Shown here one piece after another: positions 1 through 12,035 of a DNA stretch of 64,000 nt. Positions within the stretch are counted from its first letter, which is position 1. The number at the start of each line of letters is the position of its first letter. Source of the stretch: Podarcis muralis (lineage: Eukaryota); NCBI RefSeq assembly GCF_964188315.1, contig NC_135664.1:59334001-59398000 (forward strand). The letters are read 5' to 3'. Position numbers and translations under genes: made by a program. The notes below the pieces were generated by a model, which was given only the letters and a program-made list of their open reading frames with translations, did no database searches and was not told where the DNA came from.

Positions 1-1259
1 CCTGATTTTTGGGAACTACATTATTCTGGATCCAACCCTATATAATCATAGTTTCTAGGTAGTAGCTCAGTCTTAATTTTGTTGAAGCTTTTTCTAAAGT
101 GCCTTCCATTAACTTCTGCAATATAATACATAGCTAAAAAACTTCTTGTTTGGGCTTCTTTCTCTGCCTCAATAGGTTTTTGGAGAGAACATTTGAAAAT
201 TTTCCTTGTCTTTATGATAAGGAAGTGAGTTGAGTATTAAGTAATGATAACTTGGTGGTTATCAAAAAGACAACATTTTCTAAAGGCACAAAAGAAACAA
301 ATCTTTATCTGTAGCTAATTTAGTTAAACTGTTATTTGATTATCTGAGTTACAATAGAAATGGTCTTGATTGTAACTTGATGTAAGGTTAAGTGGAAATG
401 AGCTGAATTGAATTGTTGTAGGGAGTTACTTTGGATTCTCTGTGCCCTGCCAGTTTGAAACAGTGCCTTGCATTTTAATATGTGTGATAACTTTATTCTC
501 CTATTCCTTTTATATGGTTTTAAATTGAACAGTTAGTGTAAAATCAGCACACACAGAGGGGGGTCTTAAAGAATTCCCCTAGATATCACATCTTTGGTTT
601 TGTAGTATAGGTAAAAGTATAAAGTATGAAAACCCATAAAATGGTCTGAAAGGTAACTGATGCAAAGTGGAAAACAGATAGGAAAGTGAGTAATATATGT
701 TCCTGAAACACTAAATCAATATCTAATCTAAACTATGAGGTCAATATTAAAAATAGAGCAAATATCAGGGCCTTGTGCTATACGTATGTAGAATATTCTT
801 GCTGACCTATATTTTTACTAAAGGCATCAGTACAGGATAATATTCCTTGATCTTGTACCCTCAAATAGGTACCGGTAATTATATCTCAAATGTCTTAAGA
901 CTGTGCAACTGAAAAAAATAATGGAACTAATGTTTTTAAAACAGTAGCCAGGATTTACAGAAATAAAGATCTCCCATATCTGATAAGAGTTTACACATGC
1001 AGTAATCATATATTTATTGATAGTATACTATATGAGATGCTTCCATACCACCAAAACAGATGCACATGCAAGTGGGGGTGGTCACTGTTAGTAACATTCT
1101 GTAGCGTGCTTTTCATTGATGTGATATTACTATACTTATTACCAGAAATGCAGAGAATGACTTCCTTTCTTGAGCTTCTGTATGTGTAGGGAATTCACCA
1201 TGAATATGAAAAACTGGATTTAGGAAGCATACATGTAAGTGCTTTCCAGTTCTCTAAAT

Positions 1260-1396
1260 CAACCTTCCCCAAACTGGAATTCTCCAGGTGCTGTTAGACA
1301 GCAACTCTCATCTTCACTGACCATTGTTCTTGTTGGCTAAGACTGATGGGATTTATAGACCAAGAACACCTGGGAAAAAGTGGGTGGGAAAGGCTG
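1260..1396. mobile_element. Degenerate palindromic non-autonomous hAT (Charlie-like) MITE
   Basis: Ends CAACCTTCCCC...GGGAAAGGCTG are roughly inverted and the interior resembles the hairpin MITE at 25707. The right flank CTCTAGAA matches the NTCTAGAN Charlie target preference; the left flank CTCTAAAT matches only partly. Confidence 0.45.
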
Positions 1397-1529
1397 CTCT
1401 AGAACATCTCTGAAAAACAGAGGCCAATTAAAAAATCACTGTGTTACAGGGGAAGTGAAGAATTTTTTTGTGAAATTTTTTCAGGAACCAAGTGTCCCAT
1501 GAGGAGGAAGAGAAGGAGCCAGAAGCAAG

Positions 1530-1678
1530 NNNNNNNNNNNNNNNNNNNNNNNNNNNNNNNNNNNNNNNNNNNNNNNNNNNNNNNNNNNNNNNNNNNNNNN
1601 NNNNNNNNNNNNNNNNNNNNNNNNNNNNNNNNNNNNNNNNNNNNNNNNNNNNNNNNNNNNNNNNNNNNNNNNNNNNNN
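1530..1678. other. Assembly gap (149 N)
   Basis: Run of N read directly from the sequence. Confidence 0.99.
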
Positions 1679-1972
1679 AAAAAGATTCCAGAGTACAAAT
1701 GTTTGAATAAAACCATTCGGATATCATATGAATGCATTGTAAAAGAAAACATAAAAAATAATCAACAAGATTAAAGGCAGACAGCTACTTACAAGAAAGT
1801 TATTTATTGGAAACCCACTGAGGCCTGTTTTTGAACTGTGAGGAGGAGAGTCATCTGGAGAAAATTATAACTCAAATGCATCCCAGTAGGAAAATGTATT
1901 ACTGAGCTTAAAGATAAGGCCTATTAAGGCCTCTTGGATTCATAGCCTACTGTAGCTATCACCACCACTGGT

Positions 1973-2004
1973 ACACACACGCACACGCACACGCACACGC
2001 ACAC
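1973..2004. repeat. (CACACG)n/(CA)n microsatellite
   Basis: ACACACACGCACACGCACACGCACACGCACAC read directly. Confidence 0.9.
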
Positions 2005-3704
2005 AGCACTTTCCACAGGTAGAGGGAAGAGAGGCTGGAAAAGAAGACCGGAAGGCAAGTTCTCAAAGTAAAAATTTCCCCAATGTTTCTTGGAAGGATC
2101 TTGCAAAGGCTGAGGTTTTTTTAGAATTCTGTAAGCAAAAGTGGGAAAGAAAACTTACAAGGAGGCAGGTAGATGAGGGTGGAGAGAAGGAACTTACCCA
2201 TCACTAATTACAAGTGCAATTGAAATTATTTGAGCTGACCTTTTAAAATTTCTTATCTCTGTGTGTATGGAAAATACAGCTGTCTGTGCTCCCTCAGAAA
2301 GTTTATCTCAGATTTTGATATTATGTGGCTTCATGCCTCTTAAAAATACAGTTAAGTCCTACAGTAGTATGACTACATGTGAATTAATTATCTCCTCTGT
2401 AGTTCTCCTATCAGAACTCCACCAGCCCTTTGCTCAGAAAGTTCTGATTGTCTTGACTTCTTTACATTTCAGGGCTTTCTACCAGCTGCTGCCAGTGCCC
2501 CACCCCTTGGTGGCCTTCTGCTCACCAATTAAACAGGTTAAAGAGGGAAGTCTGTGCTGGCAGAGAGATGCTGGGGTCACTCCACTGGTGGAGGCTGGCA
2601 GTGCTGAGTGCAAAGGGCAGATGGATTGTACCCTAACATATTAAGTAAATAAATACTGTATGGAGGCAGCGGCTGTTTGAAAAAGAAAGCTTGAGCTTTA
2701 CGCTGTGGTATTATCTTTTGTTTTTGTAAGCAAAATTGCAGTGTCCACTTTTTTGCAGGATCAGTGACAAAGGTGCACAGTATCTTACAGGGTTGCACCT
2801 ATACTAAATTGAATTTTGTCATCTTTTTGTGACTGCCTACTGTCTTTAGCATTTATATCCTGGCTGTTCGACATGTACATCCTTTTCAGCATTTACACCC
2901 TAATACAAAACATAAAGAACAGAAAGGTGTCATCACAAGGTAAAAGATGTGTCCCTATATCAAAGAAATGACTGGTGGGTGATACTATTGCATTCACACA
3001 CAAAAAACTTTCTGAATTTCTATCATAATATGTCAAGTAGCTACTTCTGAGGCACCTGCGGAGAATGAACCCACAGTGAAGTCCCTGTGGGACCAGGGGA
3101 GGGGGACAAACAGTTTTGGCTTTCCTTCTTTGTGTTTAGTCTATGGATAGAATGGTCACAAAAAATGCTGATGCTTCCACAGAATAAATATTGTATGCAT
3201 GTTATCAATGTAAATAAGTACTGTAGCCTATGAGCCCTGTGAAGGAAGTTAACACATTTTGCTTACTGAAACATTTATGGAGACCATTTCAGCCAGCAAC
3301 AGGCAGTCACAGCTATTTTCATTCTTTCTTTTAAGTTGAATTGATATGCTTTTAAAATAAACGTTGAAAATTGTTTAAGATTCTAAATTATTAACAGTAG
3401 AAAAGAGTCGGCTATACTATTGTAAACAATGCTTCTTGAGGGCTTTGTTTTCTCAGTTTCTATTCACATGTCTATCTTGAATAATCTTGAACTTGGTAAT
3501 ACAACATTCATGTTTAAAATATGATGGTTTATGGATTTTCAAGTCTGATTCTTAGTTGTGTTATCTATACCAAGGGTGCTATTACTGAAATTATCATTTT
3601 CATTTTTCTGCTGATTGTTTTGCTCTCTCGACTTGTTCTTTCATGTAGTGTTGAATTCTTAAAAGTTTTAGGATGTAGCAGTTAGAAAAAGTATTATCAT
3701 TAAT

Positions 3705-3812
3705 TCCAGAAGGTTAGTCAGTTGCAGCAAAAACAACAGTCTTTTGACACCTTAAAGACTAACATACTTGTTTCGGCATGATGTTTTGTGGAATAGAGTC
3801 TATCAGATGCAT
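3705..3812. mobile_element. Penelope-like element terminal fragment (old)
   Basis: GTCAGTTGCAGCAAAAACAACAGTCTTTTGACACCTTAAAGACTAAC...ATCAGATGCATG resembles, from recall, reptile Penelope-like termini. Confidence 0.4.
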
Positions 3813-5235
3813 GCAGTGTTATCCCCAATTGGTCATCTATGTATGGTCGGAGAGATAGAAACTCTAAACAGTTGGGTCAAGATGCAATGAAATGCAAGAG
3901 CAAAATACACGACAATTTAATTAAAGCTGAAATGTATGCAAAATTAGCACAGTGATCATAATATCAATAATTGGTGAAGAAAGATCAATAGCTTTACCTA
4001 TTAAGAATAGCTAGCCTCACATTTCAACTATGGTAAAATGGAGACTTGGATTGACACCTTTATTTTGCCTACACTTATTAGTCAGTTTCTTCCCCTCAGT
4101 GCACTTTTTCTCTGCCACGGATGTGATAGTTTTTATTCCCTCTTGCAAAAAGGTTTGGCATATTTGCTGCACTGGAGCCCGTTAACAGAGCAATCCAAAC
4201 CCCCAATCTGACACATTGCAGGGATTCCAGATGAGAAAGAGGTGTCTCTTCCATCAATTCTGCCAACCTGTGCAAGGCTCTGCCAGCGGTGGAACCACTG
4301 CAGCAAAGCTTTTAACTGTATCCACCTAAGCTGGAGGCAGGCAGAAGTTAATGCTAGGGTATTTGGGGTATAGGAAGATAGGATCCACTGGATCCTAATC
4401 AAATCCAGCAACAGGAAGAAGTGGCAATAAGTCTAATCTGGTCCTCTCTGCTGCACCAGCCAGGTGCCGTTGCAGCAAAAAAAAATTGATCCTGCCCACC
4501 ATCCTGATGTGGCATCTCAAGCAGTAGTCTCAGCAATGGGATAAGGTTCTAACCTGGTGGGGCTTGTTCTGGGCAGAGTATCCTAAATCATATAGTGCAG
4601 GCACCATTTTCAAATCCAAGTTTGCAGAATAAGGTCAAGTATGTTTTAGTTTCTATGGAGGTAAGGCCAGATATAGCAGAAGGTTAAGTCCAGGTAAGAA
4701 AAATCAGACAAACTGAGATCGAAGTCCAAGTGACAAGGGCAGTAGCACCTATAGCTCTACATAGCATCTAGGCTGTCAAGCATGTTTAAACGTTGCTTCA
4801 GCAATCAGTCTAGCCTGCAGCTTCTTTTAAGCAGCTGGCTCCATCCCCAGTGTGTGATGTCTCTACTCTTAAAGGGGACTAACCTGTTTTGGAAGCCATG
4901 GATTCTAGAAGTGCAGGGGTAGCCATGGTTCTACTATGGCCTTTGAGATGGAGTCTGAAGAGGGCAGTGCTATCTTATTTAGTTTGCCACATTTTTGTAT
5001 CAGTTTCCATTTTTTTAAAAAGTCTTTACAAAAAATAATCAGAACTTTAGTGTGCATTTCTCCTAAGATACATGTTTCCGCAAGCAATTTTTGTATGTTA
5101 TTTTCTCCAATATATGTGTTCTTATGCACCTTTTTATGTTGGTTAAATAACTACATTGTGAAATTCATAGAAGTACAGATTTTGAAGGATTACTGTATTT
5201 TAGTTTGTGCATTGCTTTGAGAAGTGCAAAATAGG

Positions 5236-5312
5236 AATGTAAGAAGAGTCCTTCAAGATCAGGCCAAGGCCCATCTAGTCCAACATTCTGTTCTCCCAGT
5301 GGTCAGTTGCTC
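5236..5312 (-). mobile_element. CR1 LINE 3' tail fragment
   Basis: AAGAAGAGTCC...GATCAGGCCAAGGCCCATCTAGTCCAACATTCTGTTCTCCCAGTGG is the reverse complement of the squamate CR1 3' UTR end. Confidence 0.55.
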
Positions 5313-6758
5313 TGGTTCATATTAAAGTGTTAACCAAAACTAATTTCTTCCTTGTCCCTTATCCTCTTCAAATCTGGTTCTTGATCTTTGGGAAGCTATT
5401 CCAATTAACCCCCCAGAATCCCATAAATCACTTCATGATGTTTTGTCTGCAATCCCATCTTCAGTTAACAGTGAAAGCTTTTGACTTGTACAACCTCAGG
5501 TTTGTAAGCTCTGGGGACTGCAGTTGTGAGCTGCCTGTGTCTGCCTTGTGCTTGTGTAGTACACTTGAGTACTTTAATGGAGTGGTTAATAATGAACATA
5601 TGTGTATGTCTGAAACGGCAAAGTGTTTTTCTGGATTCCTTAATATCCTCTCAAATGCTGTGAGAAGATCTGATCATAAATACTAAATCAATTAATCATG
5701 AAACTAAGCCCTTGGGATGCTTGATCTCTGTGTTATGGCTGCATCTAAGATTTATGAGTTCTCTAAAACACTTTGAAAATAAAAGACTTTCTTTGTTTAT
5801 TTCAAGCATCTCATATTGACACAAAATGTCTCCCAAGTGTCCCCTACCTATGAAATATAACTCATATAGGATAGATGAAGAATCATTTGAAGTGTGAGAT
5901 CAGGGATTTGTGTGAGATCAAGGATTCGGGGGCATCCCAGCAGGCAGTATGAAGCCTCTAGTTTGGCCAGGTTTAATATTCTAGGACCTTAGTCCTCTTC
6001 CCTGGTCCACCTAGTAGTGCTTTCTTCAACTAAAGCTCCAGCTCCAGTAGACTCACTTCAAGGAAAACATACCCTCCAGCTCTAGATTCATGTTTGGCCA
6101 CTCACATCTCTGGCACTGTCCTAACACAGTACCTCACTGGCTTTGCAAAGCCCTACATGCCCATCAGGTGTTTCCCAGGCTGTTATATTTACTCTTATTA
6201 GATTTGTTGCCCTGGTTTTGAGCTCCATTGCTGAAAAACTGTAGTCCAAAAAGGGTTTGAAAATAAAACTGCTAATATCATAATGCCATTATGTGAATCT
6301 ATGGTGCTACCACACTTTCAATACTGTATACAGTTCAGGTTACCACACTTTAAAAAAAAAATGCCTCCTCCAGTCTTCTATTCACCCAGAAGGAACTCAG
6401 TGGATGGGGTGGAGCCAACCGCTATATTGGGAAAGTTTCAGAAAAAGGCAACAAAAATGGTCAAGGAGCAAGTTGCCTGTAAAGAAGAGTTTCATGATTT
6501 GGATACTTTTTAGCTTTAAAAGGTGAGGAGGAGGAGGAGACATGATATAGTTGTATAAGTTGGTGCAGGGTGTCAACAAAGTGGACAGAAGCTTTTCTCC
6601 CTCCCCCATAATTCTAGAACTCCTGGAAGATTCAGGACAGACAAATGGCAGTACTTATTCACACAGTATATAGTTGAATTCTGGAATTCACTACCACAAG
6701 ATGTAATAGTGCCAACTTGGATGGGTTCAAAAGAGGTTCACAGAAACCCATGGACCAC

Positions 6759-7166
6759 TAATAATAATAATAATAAATTTTATTTATATCCCGCCCTCCC
6801 CAGCCAAAGCCGGGCTCAGGGCGGCTAACAACACTAAAACAGTGCAACATTATAAAAACATTATAAAAATTAATTAAAATACAAATTGATGGCAACCATA
6901 AACTAAAGTTTTGTAAAGATTGCCAAAGGAGGGAGTCAAGCTGCGCCCTGACCAAAGGCCTGGTGGAACAGCTCTGTCTTGCAGGCCCTGCGGAAAGATG
7001 TCAAGTCCTGCAGGGCCCTTGTCTCTTGCGACAGAGCGTTCCACCAGGTTGGAGCCGCAGCCGAAAAGGTTCTGGCTCTAGTTGAGGCCAGCCTAACCTC
7101 TCTGTGGCCTGGGACCTTCAAGATGTTTTTATTTGAAGACCGTAAGTTCCTCTGTGGGGCATACCA
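6759..7166 (-). mobile_element. L2-clade LINE 3' end with (TTA)n tail
   Basis: Minus-strand translation NLRSSNKNILKVPGHREVRLASTRARTFSAAAPTWWNALSQETRALQDLTSFRRACKTELFHQAFG is the typical L2 ORF2 C-terminus, followed by a 3' UTR and a TTA-repeat tail. Confidence 0.8.
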
Positions 7167-7251
7167 TGATAGCTGTCTTACCTCTAGTATCAGATGTGAT
7201 ATGGCTCTGAATACTAATAGTTGAACACAAGTGGTGAAAGTGCTATTGTGG

Positions 7252-7955
7252 CAGGGGCGCCGACTTATAAAAAATATTGGGGGGGCCCACTGTGCGATTT
7301 GCGCTTTTTTTGCACGCACCTGCTTCCTGCTAGTACGGTGGATCCAGGGAACTGATGCTGCTGCTTCGCTTTTCGTGTGTGGACAGGAGGGGAGGGAGGG
7401 AGGTTGCTGGCTATCCAGGGCAGGAGGGGAATTTTTTGGTGGTGGTGGGGCGCCTGACTGCCCCATCGGCGCATCCACCTCCACAACGGCCGCGCTGCCT
7501 TGTTGCACGCCTTTTTGGAGCAGCGGCTGCAAAGTTTGGGAAGTGTGCAGCGACTTGTGCCGCTTTGCAACTGTGCAGGCCGGCGCGGCGGGAAAAGGAG
7601 AGCGCTGTTGTGTGGGAGCCGAGCAGCACTTGGCCCGGGGTGAAGCGGCGGCGGCTGCATTGTGCAAGCGCTCTTTGGGCAGGCTAGAGTTACACGGAGG
7701 GATGCGGAGGAGGGAAGGAGCTCCCCCCTTCCCCATCCCGGCCAGTTTCCAACAGCAGCAGAATCGACCACCTCCTTCCCCCGTCGCACCGGACGGCAGG
7801 CAGAGAACCGGCCCAGCAAAGAGACACATAGGGGTGGGAGGCCGGAGGAGGGGCAGAGGGGAGGGAACAAACAAGTATTGGGGGGGCAGAGCCTCCCCAA
7901 ACAAATTTTTGAGGGGGCTCGGGCCCCCTCAGGCCCCATGGAGTCGGCGCCTATG
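7252..7955. mobile_element. 704-bp GC-rich non-autonomous hAT element
   Basis: Exact 8-bp TSD TATTGTGG (7244-7251 and 7956-7963). Imperfect terminal inverted repeats (TIRs): CAGGGGCGCCGACTT versus reverse complement of the right end, CATAGGCGCCGACTC. Confidence 0.85.
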
Positions 7956-8318
7956 TATTGTGGTGAAAGTCCTAGCTGTTAACTTCCATAGGCATCTGGT
8001 TGGCCATTGTGAGAAGAGCATTCTGGGCTAGATGAGTCAGATCCTGCAGGGCTCTTCTTTCGTTCTTAAGGTTTTTGTATAGCTTCAGAAATGTGCAGGG
8101 GGCTGTTGACAGGCAGGCTAAAGTAGATGTATCAAAAAGGAGCAGAGTCAACAGAGAACCTATCTCTAATGGTATCTAGTCCTGAAAATAATCTCTGAAA
8201 ATAACAACAGTTGATGCATGTACTAGAGGTTAGCCAAAGAGCTATATGTGAATTTGACCCTTTTGGCTAGTTTTCATACTTTCATGCAACCAGGTGCAGT
8301 GGCCTTTTGAGAACCAAT

Positions 8319-8475
8319 GTGTAGTAGTAGTTAAGTGTGCTGGACTAGGATCTGGGAGACTAAGGTTCACTCGACCATGAAGGCCACTTGTGACTTTGGA
8401 CCACTTACTGTCTCAGCATAATCTACCTCAAAAGGTTGTTGTGAAGATAAAAATGAGAGAGGAGAAGTACATATA
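8319..8475 (+). mobile_element. Old CORE/MIR-like SINE (Squam2-like)
   Basis: tRNA-like head remnant plus a CORE-like block GTGACTTTGGACCACTTACTGTCTCAGCATAATCTACCTCAAAAGGTTGTTGTGAAGATAAAA. Confidence 0.45.
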
Positions 8476-8483
8476 CTACCAAT

Positions 8484-8660
8484 CTAGTCCAGCAATTAGT
8501 TGTGTATGGGAAGTCCACAAGCACAATATGAGAGTGAAATCCCTGTCCCACTGTTATTCCTCAATGACTTGTATTCAGAAGCATGCTCCCTTGGCCATCC
8601 AGCATGACTTGTGGCTTTGATAGCCTTATCCTCCATGAATTTGTAAAATCCTCTTTGAAG
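8484..8660 (-). mobile_element. CR1 3' fragment
   Basis: GATAGCCTTATCCTCCATGAATTTGT...ATCCTCTTT is the reverse complement of the CR1 3' region also seen at 52462-52812. Confidence 0.5.
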
Positions 8661-9305
8661 GCTATTAAATCTCTGGGCACCACTGGAGGTGCTATTTAAG
8701 TTAGACATGTATGCACTCAGTCTGTTTAAATACAATGTGTGAAAATTGTGTTGAAAATAAAGAAACCAAGAAAGTGGATTGTTCTAAATGACTCACTTGG
8801 ATTTTATGTGATGGTATGATAAAAAAAGTTGAAACACATATTTTTGCTGTCATGGCATGGCATTATCAGTACTGATCTTAGTATTCTTGTGTTGTCTTAC
8901 ACTTGTGAACACATCAGCCTTACATGAGCTATATGTCAAAACAGGCTCATTCTGTAGCTTATGCAGCATATCTCAGCTAATTTTTCACTTAATAGCAGAT
9001 CATTTGACAATAATCAGTTTGAAATGCCATACGGCAATATATCGAGCATTAAAACTGTTCATAATGCACCACCAGTGTTCATAATACTTATGGTGTCGTG
9101 TTCTAGATTCACAAGTGTATAGTCTAAAGATAAGCAAGATGGCAAGGGAACAAGAAGGAAAAATAAAGAACAGGTGAAAGTTGCCTCATCCCTTCTCCCC
9201 TCCAGTCCCTGCAGAACAAGGCATGGGCTCCACATCCAAAGCGGTCAAGGACAGGTTCTGGATCATCCATTTTGCCTATTGTGCCACCAACTCTGTCTTC
9301 ATGGT

Positions 9306-9911
9306 TGTCTCTCAGGAGCCAGGATCAGACGTAGGCCAGCAATTAAAAATATGGTGTCAGTGAAGTAAACTCTTTATTCAAAACAGCGCAGGCCTAGTGA
9401 TCCCGGTAATTCTTTCCAATAGGTCTTGCCCCCAGTGAGACAGTTGCAAGGAGGAAAGGTGTCACTTTTCCACCACTCTCTAAGGTTTCTCCTCTCCAGG
9501 GTCTTTCCCAAGCAGTTGCAAACTGTGTCTGTGCACAACCAATATCTGTTCTGCTCTTTTCATTTCTCTGCATGCTAGGAGACCAGGAGGGCAGGGAGCT
9601 GGTCGCAACAGGAAAGTGAGACTCCCTAGATTCTTTAGCAGCTTGTTTCAATTCTGCCTCTTAGCCAATGTCCAATTAAGCCTCAGAGACTGTACTGCTC
9701 TCTGCCACAGCCTCTTCCTGCTCACTAAACCCTATTACATCTTCTTCTTCCAACATCTCCTCCTTCCAGTTTGCTTCTTCTCCCTCTGACCACTCATTGT
9801 TGCCCCACCACCACTCCCTTGGCTCTGTGTCTTCTTCTCCTGGGGCTTCCCTTTGGGGTTCTCCAGCTGGTGCCTCCCGCCACTCCCTCTGCATCTAGCT
9901 AGTCTATGACA
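9306..9911 (-). mobile_element. Solo-LTR-like element
   Basis: On the minus strand it begins TGTCA and ends GACA (TG...CA), has AATAAA about 70 nt from the 3' end and a purine-rich interior. The 4-bp flanks TGGT/TTGT match at only 3 of 4 positions. Confidence 0.45.
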
Positions 9912-11250
9912 TTGTCAGAAACCATGTCTAGCACTGCCTTTCAAAGGAAGGGAGGTTTCTCACCTGCCCCACCTGCTTCAAAAGAGGCAGTAATGCCACC
10001 TCCATCACTCAGCTCACAGAGGTGCTAACACAGGTGTGAACAAACAGTAAAGGCTCAGCCTTCCTGGCATAGTGCAATGTTGCTTGCCCAGTCTCACCAT
10101 CCTAAGTTAATTGGTTACTCTATTTTCTATACACACCTCTGTCCAGGCAATAGAGAGCCTTGGGACTCATCTACACAGGTCAATTTATAATGTTATAAAT
10201 GCATTATAAAAATGTGACACCAGATGGTGCTGTAGAGCAGCAATCTGAAGTAAATGAAAATTTCCATTGGGAGCTGTATTTTTTAAATAGTTTTTTTCCC
10301 CATAGCGTTTTTTATATCTGTGTAGATCCAGCCTTGGAGGGCTGCATTCAGTCCCTGAGCTTGAGGTTCTCCACTCCTGCTGAAACGTCTTAGTGGCACG
10401 TTGCCAGTCTACACTAAACAAGCTTGTACAGTTGTGTTTTATCACCAAAAATATTTGCCACAAATAAGTCTAAAAACACAGGATAATTAAACATTGGAAT
10501 GCAATGGCATAACAGAGACATATTATAGATGCTTCATAAAATATTAGAGAACAAAGGATGGCAATTTCAATAAATGGAATTTTAATATACTAAAGTTACA
10601 ATATTAATATATTAAAAATACATTGTTTTTCTTGTTCCCTGTAAATCATATAAAGTTTTATACAACTGACAGTTGTCCAAATTATTAGTGCTCATATCAT
10701 TGTAAAAGTTATCTTTCCAAGTTAATTTATTAGTAATTCAGGGGTTAAATACAGGTCCAATATATCTGCAGAGTCTTCAGAAAAACTAAGAGAGCTTGTA
10801 ATTGTTGGCCATTTCTGAAGCTATTAGGGTGCTTAAATTGATGCCCTCTTAGCTTTCCTTACACTAATGACTTACTAATATGGTAATGTTTATTACAATA
10901 GCATTTCCATCTGTGAATCTTTAAAGCCTTTGCAAACATGAGTGCATTTACTACAGCACAACAAAATCTGTAGAGTTATTCCCCAAAGAGCACTTCTAAG
11001 CTGGTTTTCCAGAACCAGAAAAAACAGCATCTGCGTTGCACTCCAGAAAAGACTGTGTTTCAAGTGAAGTGGTCCCTTTGTAGTGTCCTAATCCAGTTAT
11101 GCTAAAATTTACTATCATTAACAATCTGTCAGACCTGGCTTTGTGAAGGTGGGGACAGTCGGGTTAGGGTGTATCCAGCAGTGTGTATCCAACTAGAATG
11201 AATTTTAATTGCTCAAAGCAATAAGCAAGCCTGACCCTTGTTTTTATATA

Positions 11251-11393
11251 TTGTTGTTGTTGTTTAGTCGTTTAGTTGTGTCCGACTCTTCATGACCCCA
11301 TGGACCAGAGCACGCCAGGCACTCCTGTCTTCCACTGCCTCCCACAGTTTGGTCAAACTCATGCTCGTAGCTTCGAGAACACTGTCCAACCAT
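11251..11393 (-). mobile_element. BovB (RTE) LINE 3' fragment with (CAA)n tail
   Basis: TTGTTGTTGTTTAGTCGTTTAGTTGTGTCCGACTCTTCATGACCCCATGGACCAGAGCACGCCAGGCACTCC is the reverse complement of the characteristic BovB terminus (VHGVTKSRTRL region). Confidence 0.85.
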
Positions 11394-11876
11394 ATTAGCT
11401 CGTTCATTCTGGCCTCTTGCTTCAAGCAGTCTTCCATGGATGGGTGTGGTTGATCTTCCTATTACTTTGGACCTGTAGTTCTTACCTTTGTTCAAAGCTG
11501 AATGGTAAAATACAAGCTGAAGTATTGCTTAATATCCTTCCAATAGCACCTCCTACAAGACTTGTCATCCTGTTGCCGTGAAATAATACTTTATATAGTA
11601 ACGCAAGTGCACAAATCCTCAGGGGTTTTAATTTTGAGATTAGGTTCCACTGTTAAAGCTATGTAAGCATAATGATGACGTCAAGGAAGCACCATTTTAT
11701 AACCGCTGATGTAATATGTTAGTCATTTTCTTGATCAGATAGCAAATGTGAAAGAAATAGCAAAATAATTTGTATATTTGTATATTTATTAAATGAAGCA
11801 TTTTCCTGCATACCCTTGTCTTCAGTAGATTATTCAGCATTCACTTCTTGCTACAGTGTTGTCTTTCTCATTGCAG

Positions 11877-12035
11877 GCCTCCAGGTGGTTTTAAATTCCA
11901 TTATCAAGGCCATGGTCCCTTTGCTGCACATTGCCCTGCTGGTGCTGTTTGTCATAATTATCTATGCTATCATTGGATTGGAGCTCTTCATGGGGAAGAT
12001 GCACAAGACTTGTTATGTAACAGAGAGCTTATCAG
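11877..12035 (+). CDS. CACNA1C: Cav1.2 alpha-1C exon 6 (159 nt): IS4-S5 linker, IS5 and start of the extracellular loop
   Basis: ttgcag|GC...TCAG|gtaaga, phase 1-1. Translates (S)[52 protein letters not shown](D). Length matches human exon 6. Confidence 0.97.

Larger units (their letters stand above)
6261..8070 (+). mobile_element. CR1 LINE 3' end in three pieces (6261-6758, 7167-7251, 7956-8070), interrupted by an L2 and a hAT MITE
   Basis: Degraded ORF2 C-terminus (MPLCESMVLPHFQYCIQFRLPHFKK...LGKFQKKATKMVK, compare CR1 [25 protein letters not shown]...LEKVQKRATKMI). The 3' UTR resumes after each insertion and ends GGCATCTGGTTGGCCATTGTGAGAAGAGCATTCTGGGCTAGATG...CTCTTCTTTCGTTCTTAAG. Confidence 0.7.

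Noticed and set aside
1428-1774. Four ORFs spanning the N run, including MSHEEEEKEPEA after an acceptor-like TTTTCAG
   Set aside because: The ORFs are long only because N codons cannot be stops. The peptide matches no CACNA1C exon I know, and the gap hides the rest.
6936-8031. Cluster of long overlapping ORFs (322, 266 and 224 aa) on both strands
   Set aside because: They are stop-poor because of the GC-rich MITE. Only the last ~65 aa of the 322-aa ORF are real homology (L2 ORF2), fused by chance. No transposase motifs.
9676-9894. Acidic 72-aa ORF
   Set aside because: Low-complexity reading of a purine-rich LTR-like repeat; no splice or domain support.
1-11876. Search for CACNA1C exon 5 (IS4, ...KALRAFRVLRPLRLVSGVP)
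   Set aside because: Not seen; it presumably lies upstream of the window.
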